Source: the human T2T-CHM13v2.0 reference genome, Homo sapiens
Length of the DNA: 64,000 nucleotides
Reading direction: 5' to 3' (one strand)
Assembly (NCBI RefSeq): GCF_009914755.1
Contig: NC_060941.1
Shown: positions 43,929 through 61,959 of the stretch, piece by piece
How positions within the stretch are numbered: the first letter of the stretch is position 1
Layout: every line of letters begins with the position of its first letter
Position numbers and translations under genes: made by a program
Notes under the pieces: generated by a model
What the model was told of the DNA's origin: nothing
Seen by the model: only the letters and a program-made list of their open reading frames with translations
Database searches by the model: none

Positions 43929-46900
43929 TTATAGTCATTATGTGTGGGAAGTGATGTCTAATTGTGGTTTTGATTTGCATTTCCCCCAGTGGCTACTGAT
44001 GTTCAGCATCTTTTCATGTACTTATTGGCCATATGTATACTTCTTTCGAGGATTTCCTATTCAAGTTCTTTGCTCATTTTTGAATTGGGTTGTTTGCATT
44101 TTTGTTCTCGAGCTGTAGAAGTTATTTACATATTCTAGATATTAATTCATTATTAGACATATGATTTGCAAATATTTTTCCCATTCTGTGGATTGTCTTT
44201 TCATTTTCTTGATGGTATTCTTTGATACACGAAAGTTTTTAATTTTGATGACATCTATTTATCTATTTTTTCCTTTTGTTCTCTGTGCTTTTGATGTCAC
44301 ATTGAAGAAATCACTGCCAAATCCAATGTCATGATTTCCCGCTAAGTTTTTTTGTAAAACTTTTATAGTTTTAGCTCTTGGGTTTAGGTCTTTGATCTAC
44401 TTTGAGTTGATTTTTGTATATGATGTAGGGTAAGGGTCGAATACTCCTTTGCTTAGAAATATTCAGTTTTCTCAGAACTATTTGTTGAAAAGGCTGTCTT
44501 TTCATATTGATTGATGTGGCACCTACACTGAAAATCAACTGACCATAGACAAAGTGTTTTGTTTTGTTTGTTTGTTTGTTTGTTTTGCCTCTCTATTCTA
44601 TTCCATTGGTCGATATGTCTGTCTTTATACCAGTATCACATTGTTTTCATTACTGTAGCTTTTAGTAAGTTTTTAAATCAGAAAGTGTGAGCCCCTAAGT
44701 TTGTTCTTCTCTTTCAAGATTGTTTTGGCTATTCAGGGTCTCTTAAGATTCCATTATGAATTTTAAGATGGGTTTTTCTATTTCACAAAAATGCCAATGG
44801 GATTTTGATAAGGATTGAATTGCATCTGTAGAATATTTTGGGTAGTGTTGTCATTTTAACAAGACAAATTCTTCCAAACTATGAACAGATGCTGTCTGTT
44901 CATTTATGTGTGTATTCATTAATTACTTTTAGCAATGTTATATAGTTTTCAGTGTACAAGTCCTTCACCTTCCTGTTGAAGTTTATTCCTAAGTGTTGTA
45001 TTCCTTTTTATAGTAATGTAAATGAAATTACTTTCTTGATTTCCTTTTGAGGTTGCTTATTGTTAGTGAATAGAAATGAAACTGCTTTTTGAGTGTTGAT
45101 TTTGTATCCTGCAATGTTGCTAAATATATGTATTAGCTTTAGAAGTTTGCACGTGTATATGTGGATTTTTTAAGAGTTTTTTACATATAAGATGGCATCA
45201 TCTGCAAACAGATTATTTCACTTCTTCGTTTTTGTCTCAATTTTAATTTTTTAATATATTTTTTCTTTTCTAGTTGCTCTGTCTGGAATTTTCAATACTA
45301 TGTTAAATAGGAGTGGTAAAAGCTGACATTATTATCTTTTGCCTGATTATAGGGGAAAAGGTTTCAGTCTTTCACCGTTGTATGTAATGTTAACTGTGGG
45401 CTTTCATAATGGCCTTTATCATGTTGTGGAAGCTCATTTCTATTATTCCTAGTTTACTGAGTATTTTTATAATGAAAGAGTGTTGAATTTTCTCAAATGT
45501 TTGTTCTACATCAATGAAAATGAACATTTAAGTTTTTTTCTTCATTATATTAATGAGGACTATTATATTGATTGATTTTCATATATTGAACCCTTCTTCC
45601 ATTCCAGGAAAAATCCTACTTGATCATGGTGTATAATCTTTTTAATATACTGCTGAATTCACTTTACTATTATTTTATTGAGTAGTTCTGCATCAATATC
45701 GAATAATTTTGCTGCTTTCTGTAAGTTTTAGCATGTAGTGTTTTCATTTTCATTTTTCTCAAGTTATCTTTAAATTTCTTTTCTGATTTCTCTTTGACTC
45801 ATTCATTGGTTTTTTAAGAATGTGTTTAATGTGTTAAGAATTGTTTGATTTCCACATACTTGTGAATTTTTCTGTTTTCACTCTGTAATTGATTTCTGGT
45901 TTCATTCTAGTGTGATTAGAAAAGATACTTAGAAATAGTTTAATCTTTTCTATTGTGATTAGAAAAGATACTTAGAATTAGTTTAATATTTAAAATTGAT
46001 TGACTTCTTTCATAGCCTAACATATGATCTATCCTGGATAATATTCCACATGTACTTGAGAAAAATGAGTGTTCTGTTGTTAAATAGAGTATTCTGAATG
46101 TTTGTTAGGTCTAATTGGTCTATGTTGTTGTTCAAATCTTCTATTTCTTTGTTGATCTTTTGTATGGTTGTTTTTCTCATTATTGAATGTGGGTATTGAA
46201 GTCTCCAACTGTCACTGTAGAGCTGCCTATTTCTTCCTTCAATTCTGTTAATATTTACTTCATAAATTTTGGGGATCTGTTGTTTGGCACATGCATGTTT
46301 ATAATTGTATATCCAGTTAATGAATTGACCATTTTATTAATATATAATGCTCTTTTTTGCCTTGTAACAGTTTTTGACTTAAGACTGATTTTGTCTGATA
46401 ACAGTATAGCCACTATAACTCTCTTTTGGTTCCTATTTGTATGATGTATCTTAGTCCTTCCTTTCACTTTTGACCTATTCATGACTTTAGATCTCTTTTA
46501 GACAGCATATAGTTGAGTGACTTTCTTTTCATTTTGCCAATCACTGCCTTTTTATTGGAGAGTTGAATTCATTTACATTTAAAGTAATTACTAATAAGAA
46601 AGGACATCTGCCATTTTGCTATTTGAGTTCTGTGTGTCTTACAGCTTTTCTTGTCCCTCACTGTCTCTATTACTACCTTCTTTTGTGTTTAGCTGATTTT
46701 TTTTTTTTAGTGACATGTTTTGATTCCCTTCTCATTTCTTTTTCTGTATATTCTATATATACTTGTGTATACTTTATTTGTGGTTACCATGACACCTACA
46801 TTTAACTCTCTAAAGTTATAACAATCTAATTTGAATTGATAACCATTCAATAGCATATAAAAACCTTGCTCCTATACAACTCTTTCTTCACCTGTTTATA

Positions 46901-47010
46901 TTATTGATATTACATATTACATCTTTATACACTGTATGTCCAAAAACATATTTTAACTATTTTTATGCTTTTGCCTTAAATTATGCAGAAAAAAATAACT
47001 GGAGTTATAA

Positions 47011-47373
<363 letters not shown>

Positions 47374-49289
47374 TATTGTTTCTTTATACAATGTCAAGTT
47401 ACTCTCTAGTATCCTTTTATTTCAACTTGAAAGATTCCTTTTAGCATTTCTTATAGGACTGGTCTAGTGGTAATGAACTCCCTCAGCTTTTACTTATCTT
47501 GGAATGTTTTAATTTCTTTCTCATTCTCAAAGGATGCCAGATATGGAATTATTGGTCGATACTATTTTCCCAGCACTTTAAATATACCATCCCCCTGCTC
47601 TTAATTTGTGTTGATGTAAGTCTCTTTGAGTTTACCCTACTTGGAGCTTGTTGAGATTCTTGGATTTATAGGTTCATGCATTTCATCCAATGTAGGCCAT
47701 TTTTAGCCATTATTTCTTCAACCTTATCATCCCTTTATCTCTCTGTTCTCATTATTGGGGGCCCCTAATGTAATGTTGGTCTACTCTATCATGTCCCACA
47801 GGTCCCTTAGGCTCTGTTCACATCTTTTTATTCTTTTTTATATCTGCTTCATACTCAGTAATTTCAATTGTCCTATCTTTAAGTCCAGCAGTTCTTTCTT
47901 CTGCCTGTTCAAATCTGCTTTTGATCCCCTCTTCTGATTTTTTTTTAATTTAAGTTATTGTACTTTTCTTCTCCAGATTTTCTGTCTGTTTCCCCTTTAT
48001 AATTCCTTTCTCTTTAATGATATTCTCATTTTGTTCAAACATTGTTTTCCTGATTTCATTTTCTGTGTTCTCCTTTAGCCCTTCGGACATACTTAATGCA
48101 GTTGTCTTAAAGTCTTTGTCAAAAAAGTCTAAATGTCTAGGATTCCTTAGGACAACTTTTGTCAGTTTATTTTGTTCCTTTGAAAAGTGGGTCATGTTTT
48201 CCTATTTCTTTTTATGCTTTGTGATTTTTTTGTTTAAAATTGGATATTTGACTATTATTATGTTGTTAACTCTGAAGATCAGATTTTCTTCCCAGTTTTC
48301 TGAAGGTTTCTGTTTGGTTAGTTTTGTTTGGGTTTTTTGTTTGTTTTGATTGTTGAAGGCTACAATAGTCCACTTGTTTTGAGACTTTTCCAAACCATTT
48401 TTGTGACAACAATTACTTGTCATTCGTGGTCATTTAAGTCTCTAATTTTTTTTTTGCTTGTGTTCAGCTAATGATTGACAGAGATTTCCTTGAATGCCAG
48501 GAGGTAAAACAAACAAACAAAATACATGCACACAAGCATACTCATTGATAAAAGGGGAAAAACATCTCTCCTGTGTTTGCATATTGGCTTTGTGCTAAAG
48601 CACTCTTTCAACACTCAGCTAGGCTTTCACTAAGCCTATGGCAAAATCTTAAGGTCTTTTTAAGTCTTCTCCAAGCATACATCTTGACCTGGACATGTAC
48701 ATGGCTCTCTCAATTCCTCCATATATATGGGGCAGTTTTTAATGCCCAATTTCCCAAAGAATCTCACCCCAGGCACCTGTGGGTCTTTAGTCCACCTTGC
48801 AGCTTTATGAGCAGTGCCTACTGTTCTTCCCATCTGAGTTCCAAGTTAGCTGAAGCACAGATGAGTGCCTGGCATGTGTCCTTCAAGTATCCCACAGACA
48901 GGTTAAAACAGACACACACAATAATTTGTAAACAAGGTCTACTCTGTTTCCTCTGGTTTGAAGTACCTGGGTCCCAAAATCGGAACATGAGCTGCTACCA
49001 CCTACTTCAAGGCCAAAACAACCACTCTGCCAGGGAAGAGCTAGGGTGAGGGCAAGTGAAAACGCCAGAGATTTGTTCCACTATTTTGAATCTGATGTGT
49101 GTATTTGTTTTAAATTTGTCATTCTCATGAGTTGTGTAAACTCTTGACATTTTCTCAGAGTTCTCACAAGGTTGATTCTGTCTGTTTCTACTTGTTTTTT
49201 CAACGTTTCTATACGGGAATGAGAGCTTAGGGCTTCCTAGTCTGCCATTTTGTTCTGCTCTTTCCTCCAGTTTTGCCACTACTTTATGT

Positions 49290-50740
<1,451 letters not shown>

Positions 50741-51866
50741 TAACATTAGCTAGGCCCTAAAACATATCCAGATCAGACCTCCTGAGTGCCAGGATTTACT
50801 GAAATAAACTTTCTCCAGAATTACTCAATGGGGTCCAATGGCTGGAATCATGACTTAGATAGCATCTGTGATTATACTCAGGAGTCACTGATGCCAAAGG
50901 CAGATGGAAGGTCATGGAATGCTGCTCTAAAAGCTTGGTAAATGCTTTCTGTAGGGGCAAATAGATCCCCCAGGCCTCTTCCAGAACTATGCTCCTATAA
51001 CGCCAACTTGCTGTGCAGGAATTGGTGAGGCTTCCTCAGTTGCTTGAGGAAATATTTGTTTGTTTTTGAGACACCAAAAGGAGATAGGACAGATGGAGGG
51101 AGAGAGAGTCCTTGTATACAGCTGCCTCAGTTTCTACCTGCATTCACTTTTTATGTTCATGAACTAAATTGGTATGTCTTTTTCCATTTTGCAATGAATG
51201 TATATATTTATAATATCTATACTTAATTATATCAAGATCGTTCTATAGACTGTGTATGAAAACATGCCCTAGGGCGGGTCTCATTTCCAACTGAGTCTCT
51301 GTTGCCAGCACAGTGCCCAGCCCAAGGAGTAAATAAAGGTCAAATGAGTGAGTAAACAAATAAGTGAATGGAGGCTTTGAGCTAGCGGAGGATCCAGAAA
51401 CTCATTTCCTTTAGAATCTCAGGGGTCTGAAGCAGACTATAAACTGATATTATCCGTATAAGTATTTAAATGGACATTAAAAGTTCTTACTCTAATGAAA
51501 TAATCCAAGGCACTTAATTGCTTTTATGACTTTGAGGAACAACAATTTGTTGGCCGTTTACTGTAGGTCTAGGATTGTGCCAGTCACTAGGGGCAGGATT
51601 GGAGGAGGGTTTACAAAGAAGTGGAAGAAAACTGATCTTCAGGTTGTGAACTAAGATGACATAGGGAAGAAAATTAACAGTACAGGAGAGGAATGGCTGT
51701 GTCAGTGGTGGTCTGTGGTCTATGCATCTCTCTACGAGGAGACTTATGGAGCAAGAGGCTCTCGTGTGGGGGAATAGTGACAATGTTATAGTCTAGATGA
51801 CCTGCAGCAGGAGATCACTTCACTTTGTAGAAAATTGGTGTTCTCTTTTATAAAAAGGGATGTTTT

Positions 51867-52226
<360 letters not shown>

Positions 52227-53024
52227 TCAGGAACTATCTAAAAGGAGGGAACAGGGGCCAGAGGTTACAAGTTGGAGTTCTACTGTCCTAATCGATGGTG
52301 CAGAGTTGTGTTTGGCTCATACATGAATGGCTCCACGGCTCTTTTCAAATTTTATTTCAAATTTGTAACACTTAAAATCAACTCATGTTTAAAATTCAGG
52401 TGATTTCAGTAACTCCAGTTTTCCAGCTTTGCTGGAAAAATCAGATCTGACAACATCAGGCAAATACCAGTCTGGAGGTGGTCACACTGCTTTCCTGTTG
52501 ATCTTGGGCCTCACCCTTGTTTCTTATCTGGCCTGTCTGTGTCTGTAGACCAAGTTTCAAAACAGATGTAGGGAACAGAAGGAATTCAAAATGTAACCCG
52601 CAGGCCAGTGATTCTCAGGGGAGCATGAGGATGTGGGTGTGAGTGGAGGAGGGCTCCCCAGTGGGGTAGAAACCTAGCAAGATTTTCCAAGCCTGGAGGT
52701 TCTGATGGTACCCTCCCTTCATATCCTTAGCTGAGAATCACCGGGTGTCATAAGCAACAGCAAAGAGCATCCCATCAGGGCAGGTGAGGGTCATGTACTG
52801 ATCATTTCAGTGATGATAGCAAGATCCAGTGTTCACCAAATGCCTGCATGGGCCTGTCACTGCTCTAAGCCCCTTACAAGCATGATTGACCCCATTTTAC
52901 CGAGGAAAAGGAGGCATGGAGAGATTAGTAGCTTTCCAAAGAGCTCTGGATGGCAAGAACAGAGCTAGATAGTCTCATTTCAGGTGAAACCAAGGTGAAG
53001 CAAGTTAACACAAGAACAAAGCTA

Positions 53025-53324
53025 GGGCAGGGTGTGGTGGCTCACGCCTGTAATCCCAGCACTTTCAGAGACCAAGGCGGGTGGATTACCTGAGGTCAGG
53101 AGTTCGAGACGAGCCTGGCCAACAGGGTGAAACCCCATGTCTACTAAAAATACAAAAATTAGCCGGGCATGGTGGAGCACTCCTGCAATCCTAGCTGCTT
53201 GGGAGGCTGAGGCAGGAGAATCGATTAAACCCGGGAGGTGGAGGTTTCAGCGAGTCGAGATGGTGCCACTGCACTCCAGCCTGGGCAACAGAGAGAGGCT
53301 CCGTCTCAAAAAAAAAAAAAAAAA
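53025..53324 (+). mobile_element. AluSx-like
   Basis: Full dimer with A-tail. Confidence 0.92.
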
Positions 53325-55029
53325 AGAGCAGAGCTAGATAGTCTCACTGAAACCAAGGTTGAGGGCCACAGATGTGCACAACCAAGCGGCCCCACAGGTC
53401 TTTGAGTGGGATGGCGACAGGCAAAAATTGGTGTTGGTGAAGATTGATCTGGATGGCCAGAACAGAGCCTGGGTACTACATACTAATTGAATTGTTGATA
53501 ATGGCTGACAAAGCAATTTCCTGCCAATCACTTTTACCATTAACCTCCTCAAGATGAATTCTGAAGGAAGCCAAATAAGAGACAACTCTGGGTTTTGTAA
53601 GTCAACCTCTCTTTTTGATAGATTCACATTTGTGCTTTTCTGCCTCCCAGATAGAAACAAAGGTTAAAAATGTGATTGTGGCCTCCGGAAGTTTAAAAGC
53701 TGGGCAGAGCGCTGTGGAGACAAAGCCTGCCATTCAGTTACATAACTGATTTTCATGGATGGCTTATGAAAGTCAACATCATTATTTTATACTTACATGC
53801 TTACCTCAAGAAAAGTACCAGGTGTTCCTATTTCAAACGGGTTTCCCAAAAGCTCGAAGTTTGGGGAATCATAAACTGCTAATGGAAGTCAATGGGAAAA
53901 TCATATTCCTTGCATGGCCAATTTTTCCATAATGCACTTAGCAAAGTGAAGGAGACAAGTCTAGCATTTATGACGACAAGAGACTCACTTATCTATTACT
54001 TCAGCCTGTTTGGAGACTGCTGGGAATTGAAAATGAGGAATAGGTTACAAAGGTGATTTCCAGAGGGAGGCAGAGTGGAAAATGGAGAAGAATGGTCAGA
54101 AATGAAAGGAGAGAATGCATCAGCAGTGAGGCGAGTGTGGATAACATTTCCCGTGGAAATAAAGGGACTGTGACACCCAGCATGGAAACCTCTGGAATCA
54201 GCAGCCCTTTGGATGAGAAATGGAGCAAGGGATAGTGAGCGTTTGCATTTATTCAAACCAGGTTGGCGAACCTGGCGACTATTCACAAAACAGGGTAGCA
54301 AACACCTACCTGGCTGCAGGGAAAATTCCAGGGTGAACATATCTCAAGATTTAGAAGGAATCCCACATTATATTTCCATGGGTTTGGTTTGGGAAAAATC
54401 CCTGTATGACTTCAGCAAGTCTGTGGCTGTTGGTGGATCAAATACAAGGGCCAATAACTTCTTGCCACTTTAAGAGGAATCGGATTGAAATGTATGTAGA
54501 CCTTTGGGAGGTAGGTAATAAGAATCACTGATGCCTCCACATACCTCTGAGGATTTTCTCTTCGATTAAAATGACAAGATTCCTTTTTAGCCAATACATA
54601 AGTAGAATCTGGTTCAAAGGCTCTCAAACTGCCACCTGCTACTTCAAAAGCTCTTTCAATTCCCTGAGCAATTTACTTCAGGGCAATTGAACTCCTGAGT
54701 GTGGTTTCCACCATTTTCTAACCAGGCTGTCTCTGTGTGAAGGAAGAATCAGTTTCTGCAGGCAGGTTTTCAGCACAGACCTGTTCATGTAGGTGTTTGC
54801 TAGCCTTTATAGCTGTGACGGTGGAGGTGGAAAAAAGGTCCCATTTTGATGGCTGAAAAATACAGATAGGCCAACATTTTAAGAGCATTGATAGGAAATT
54901 TGGATTTTCATCCAATTTAAAAAATTAAATGTTGAACCAATTGAAAATTCCCCATCCCCAGCAGTACTGCAGATAAATTTGTTATCCTATAAACTGGGCT
55001 CAAGTGTTAGTAAAAACACTCTGAAGTAC

Positions 55030-56075
<1,046 letters not shown>

Positions 56076-56144
56076 AGAGGGCTACCACAACTAAAAATAA
56101 AAAGTAAAAATAAAAAAATAACAAAGAAAAGCAAAATGCTAAGG

Positions 56145-56288
56145 GAGTAATTCTCAAACTTGAGCACACAGCAGAAGCCACCTGGAGGTCTTGTTACAGT
56201 AACACAGAGTGCTGTAACACTGCTTTTGAACCAGTTCCCAGGTGATGCTAATACTGCTGGTCCAAGGAGTACACTTTGAGAACCACTG
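56145..56288. mobile_element. MER5A-like hAT element
   Basis: ttctcaaacttgagc...ccaggtgatgctaatactgctggtcc...ctttgagaaccactg. Confidence 0.75.
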
Positions 56289-57494
56289 CTCCAAGGGTTC
56301 CATAAAGTATATCTTTTCTCTTTCAAAAACAAAGGGAACTTGCTGGATTGTTTGCAAACAACCCATGGTACCTTTGTAAAAATAACCACATTCTACAAAC
56401 TGAAATTTAATTATTGCTGAACTTGTACAATGTGTCAGGTATATTATTAGGCACCATACACATATACTTTAATTTAATCCGCCCAAGCTAATCTATTGAT
56501 TCAACAAATATACATGGAAAACCTGTAAGCAGGTATTTTCCTAGTAGAGGAGAAAGATGATCCAATGAATGGGCAAACAAATAACATTATTAAATATTAC
56601 CAACAGTACTGGGAAGAAAAAAAAATGGAGTTGAGCTGGAGAAGACCTACCTTTAATAAAATGATCAGAAAAGGACCCTGAAGAGTGGTATTTAAACTGA
56701 AACTAAAGGTTAAGAAGGAGGCAATCATTCAAGATTGAGGGAAAGGGCAGTTACAAGGAGAGGAATTAGCAGTGCAAACTTCCAGTGAGGAGGAAAAACC
56801 CTTGGGATATTTAAGGGGTTGAAATAAGTCCAGTGTAGCTGGATTGTAGTGATCAACTAGAGTGTTGACGGGCTGAGTTGGGAAGGTTGGTAGGAGCTGG
56901 GGTATGCAGAGGCTTATAAGCTGTGACACAGTGTGAGGACTTGAAGTATTTGGGGAAGATACTGGTAACTTATAAGCAGCAAAGGTGATATGGTGAGGTT
57001 TTCAAAGCTCCTACTGGCTGTAATTGGAAAGTGGGATTAGAGGTGGGCCAAGGATGAAAAGAGGGAGATGAGTTAGAAGACTGTTGCACAAGACCAGGGA
57101 AGAGAAGAGGGACACTTGGATCAGACCAGTGGCAATGATGATGAAGAGAAGAGTGGAGACTCAAGCTTTGTATCTCAGTGGAACTGACAAGACACGCTGG
57201 TAGACTGGATATGGAAGGTGGAGGGAAGAAGGAAGTCAGAGATTCATCTCAGGTTTCTAGCTTGAAAAATTATGAGAGATAAGGATGAAGGGAGCAAAAT
57301 TGGGGTGAAATCAAGATTCCTATCCTAAGTAAAATTTGATGTTTCTGTGAGATGTCCAAGTGGAACTATTAATAATTCATTGGGTGTTATGAGTCTAGAC
57401 CTCAGAAAAAAAGTCTGGGCTAGGCGTTTACTTTTGGAGTAATCATAATATGGAAAATATTTTAAGCCATTGCATTTGGCAAAATCATCTAGGA

Positions 57495-57712
57495 CAGGAC
57501 TTCTCAACCTAGGCACTTTTGACTTTTGGGGCCAGATAATTCTTGGTGGGGTTGGGGAGGGGGCCTGTCTTATGCATTGTAGGATGTTTAGCAGCCCTCT
57601 AGATGTCAGTAGCCCTTTTCCCAGTTGTGACAACCAAAAATGTCTCCAGTCATTGTCAGATGTCCTTTGAGAAGGGGGTGAAGACAAAATCGCCCGTGCT
57701 TGAGAACCACTG
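57495..57712. mobile_element. MER20
   Basis: ttctcaacctaggcact...cagttgtgacaaccaaaaatgtctccag...gagaaccactg; TSD-like a(t/g)ctagg(a/g). Confidence 0.88.
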
Positions 57713-57776
57713 AGCTAGGGAGCGAGTATGGAATATGCAAAGGAAATGAAGATGAGATATAGTGAACAGTTAGGTG

Positions 57777-58375
57777 TGTCAACTTAAAAGGAAACATAGA
57801 ATCTATACATTTGGAAAAGGAGACTATTTCTTGTGAAGGGTTACAGCCTACAAGATAGCCATGCCACAGGCTGGGAAACACAAAGCCTGAAAGACAGGCA
57901 CTTTGAAGGAGGAGGGGTTGAAGTAGGAGCTTTATACTGGTCAGGTTGACTAAACATACCTATTCAACAGATTACGGGAGGAGCTATGAATATTTACAAA
58001 GGTGGTCCTGGCACATACATCCTGAACAAACATGCGTGTAACATATAACCCATGTTCACTTTGGGTGGAGACTGAATGTATTACTGTGTTACAATTAAGC
58101 CCTAAAAGTCAAAAGGCCTTTTCAGGACACAAAGATACTCAAGTGTGCAATCTCTGTCAACTGGCCAGCACCAGTCCATGATCAGTGGTCTCATCAGGAG
58201 AAAGCTACTGAAATCAGTCTCTTGTCCAATCAAAGCTGTAGTCATAGCTGGGGTGCAACAAGGATTCAGTTAGTCAGCGTCAGTGAGCTGGATGAGTTTT
58301 AATTGTTTTAATATTGTTTATCTCGAGGCCAGTGCTTGTTTAGCTGCTAGAGAAAAAGAATAACCTTGTGGTATT
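57777..58375 (-). mobile_element. ERV1 LTR (MER41/LTR26-group-like), incomplete
   Basis: gggaggagctatgaatatt, aaacatgcgtgtaacat, tcttgtccaatcaaagctg motifs. Confidence 0.55.
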
Positions 58376-58404
58376 TAAGTATAACACAAACAAAACATTG
58401 TGAA

Positions 58405-58710
<306 letters not shown>

Positions 58711-59261
58711 GAACATGGTGCATTTTTTTAAACCCATAATTTGGAACAAAACATTCAGTAGATGGACCACGTAGACACTGGTGCGTTCCAAACAAGTTGC
58801 TTGGAAGATCAAGTGAAAGAAATATTTCCAAGACCAGAGCAAAAACTCCACAGGAAAAGAAAATAGGGAGGAAAAGATGGAATACTTGGAGTTAAGTCAA
58901 GGAGTTATAACAAGTAAAAAGTAGAGATTCCAGTGGGAGTAAACTGAATGGAAGGGGAGGCAATAATTCAACCAATAAGAGGGAAATTACCTTAAGAGGA
59001 AGATTTGACTCTCTGTGTTGAAGAATTTTACTAAATTCCTGAAGGGATTGTCAGGAACTTTACCTATCTTGAGAAATCCGACAACTCCAAGAACAAAGAG
59101 AAATACTTACAAGCTTCTAGATAATGCAGATACATAGAGGCAAAAACCCAATCAGACTGGCACATAACCAAAAGTTTATAAAAGTACATTTACAGACCAC
59201 CAAGTTTTTGAAAAATTTATTAATTTCTTGCATATGGCTATAACAAATTTAAAGATATCCA

Positions 59262-59697
59262 CTGTTACCATTCTCAATTGCTGCATAAGAAACCACTCAA
59301 AACTTAGTGACTTAAGATGACAATGTATTGTTTCTTGTGACCCTGTTGGCTAGCTGGGTAGTTCTTTTATGCATCCCACTTAGGTGGCAACATTTACCTG
59401 GAGGGGCAGTTGGGAACTGAGCTCAATTGAGTCTCGGAGGCAGATGGGCTGGTTGGGCTTCTGTCTCCATGGGATCTTTCATCATTAAAAAGGTGGTGGC
59501 AATGTTCCAACATGCCCCAATGCACAAGTGCTTCTTACAACTCCACTTGAGTCATGTTTGCTGATGTGTCATTGGACAAATCAAGGCACATGGTCAAACC
59601 TGTGTCAAATGAAATCAGTATGGGAGATGAAAATGTAAGGGTATAAATGCCAAGTGCTGTGGATTAATGAGGTGCGTTAATTTAACAATCTACCACA
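59262..59697 (-). mobile_element. Old MLT1 (G/H-like) LTR
   Basis: ttgctgcataagaaaccactcaaaacttagtgac...aatctaccaca. Confidence 0.65.
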
Positions 59698-59937
59698 ACC
59701 ACCAGAAGAATAAAGATACAATCTATAACTTCCAAATCAGGAAAAGAACAAGGGGTGGAAATGCAGAAAACACAGTTCAACACAAAGTAGAAAGTTAGGG
59801 GAAAAGGAGCAAATATAAAGGGTGGCAAATAACATCTCAAATAAAATGGCAGAAATAAGTCCAACTATTTCATTATTTGCAATATAAAAAGGGATTCGAT
59901 TGTTTCTGTAATACTTTATTCAAAAATAAGTTATGAA

Positions 59938-60247
59938 GGCCAGTCACAGTGGCTCATACCTTTAATCCCAGCACTTTAGGAGGCTGAGGCAGGTAAACTG
60001 CTTGAGCCCAAGAGTTAGAGACCAGCCTGGGCAACATAGTGAGACCCTATCTCTACAAAAAATAAAAAACAAAATTAGGTGTGGTGGTGTGCCTGTAGTC
60101 GCAGGTACTCAGGAGGCTGAAATGAGAAGACTGCTAGAGTCCAGAAGGTTGAGGCTGCAGTGAGCTGAGATAATGCCACTGCACTCCAGCCTGGGCAACA
60201 GAGCAAGACCCTGTCTCAAATAATAAATAAATAAATAAATAAATAAA
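59938..60247 (+). mobile_element. AluJ
   Basis: cttgagcccaagagtt...(taaa)n tail. Confidence 0.9.
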
Positions 60248-60841
60248 GCGAAAATGATTGGATAATGGAATCACAGATGTTTGTTATATCACTTTCTGTG
60301 TTTTTAAAAACTATTTTCTAATTATTTCTGAATACTTTCTTTAAAATGTATCATTTAAAACTGAGTAAAAGAAAAAGGAGGAATTATATTTTAAATTTTA
60401 TTAAGCAGTGAAGAGTAGACAATACAAAATGCTAGCAAGGATGTGGAGCAACAGGAACTCCCGTTTTTTGTTCATGGGAATGTAAAATGGTACAGCCCCT
60501 TTCAAAGACAGTTTGGCAGTTTTTTACATATTCTGACCATAGGACCCAGAAATTGCTCTCCTTTATCTTTACCCAAATGAGCTGAAAACTTACATCAATA
60601 CTGAAAACTACACATGGCTGCTTATAGCAGCTTTATTCATAATTGCCAAAACTTGGAAGCAACCAAGATATCCTTCAATAAGCAAATGGATAAACAAACT
60701 GTGGCATATCCTTACAATGCAATAAAATAAATGCACTATCAAGCCCTGAAAAGAGGACATAGAGGAACCTTAAATGCACACTACTGAGTGAAAGAGACCC
60801 ATCTGAAAAGACTACATCTTGTATGATTCCAGCCGTATGAC

Positions 60842-61215
60842 TGTCTTAGTTCATTTATGCTGCTACAACAAACTGCCTGAGACTGAGTAATTTACAAGGA
60901 ACAGAAATTTTTTCTTATTGTCCTGGAGGCTGGTAGTCTAAAATCAAGGTGTTGATGGGTTCGGTGTCTGGTGAGGGCTGCTCTCCACTTCCATGACATT
61001 GCCTTGTTGTTGCATCCCCTGATGGGAGGAACACAGTGTCCCCCATGGGAGGGAGAGAAGGGATGAAAAAGGACACGCTCATAAGAGCACCAAGTACCAT
61101 TCATGAGGGTAGAGCCCTCACAGCTCCATCACCTCTTAAAGGCCACACTTAATACCATCACATTGGCCATAAAGTTTCAATATATGAATTTGGGGAACAC
61201 ATTCAGATCATAGCA
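60842..61215 (-). mobile_element. MLT1A/MSTD-like LTR
   Basis: tgtcttagttcattt...attcagatcatagca; TSD atg(a/t)c. Confidence 0.8.
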
Positions 61216-61497
61216 ATGTCATTCTGGAACAGGCAAAAATATGGAGACAGTGGTTGCCAGGGGTTAGTAGAGAGGGAGGGATGAATAGTCAGGGCACAAT
61301 TTTTAGGGCAGTGAAACTGTTCCGTATGCTGGATACGTGTCAGTATACATTTGCCCAAACCCCTAGAATGTACAACACCAAAAGTGAACCCTAATGTAAA
61401 CTGTGGACTTTCATTAGTAATAATTTATCAATATTGGCTCATCAGTTGTTAACAAATGTACCACACTAATGCAAGAAGTTAATAACAGGGGAAACTC

Positions 61498-61531
61498 TGT
61501 GTGTGTGTGTGTCTGTGTGTCTGTGTGTGTA

Positions 61532-61570
<39 letters not shown>
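61498..61570. repeat. (TG)n(GA)n compound microsatellite
   Basis: Direct observation. Confidence 0.95.
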
Positions 61571-61572
<2 letters not shown>

Positions 61573-61920
61573 TGGTTTGTCTCTGTGTCCCCACCCAAAT
61601 CTCATCTGAAATTTTAATCCCCATAATCCCCACATGTGAAGTGAGGGACCCGGTGGGAGGTTTCTCACGATGTTCTCATGATAGTGAGTGAGTTCTTGCA
61701 AGATCTGGTGGTTGTATAAGTGGTGGTTTCCCTGCTCTCTTCTCTCTTCTGCCGCCTTCTGAAGAGAGTGCTTCTTTCCCCTTCGCCTTCTGCCATGATT
61801 GTAAGTTTCCTGAGGCCTCTCAACCCATGTGGAACTGTGAGTCAATTAAACCTCTTTATTTTATGAAGTACCCAGTATCAATCAGGTATTTCTTTATAGC
61901 AGTGTGAAAACAGACTAATA

Positions 61921-61922
<2 letters not shown>
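61569..61922 (+). mobile_element. THE1 (C/D-like) solo LTR
   Basis: gatatggtttgtctctgtgtccccacccaaatctc...cagactaataca. Confidence 0.9.

Positions 61923-61959
<37 letters not shown>

Noticed and set aside
48573-49049. 158-aa ORF
   Set aside because: Antisense to the decayed L1 5' region, no domain similarity recognised
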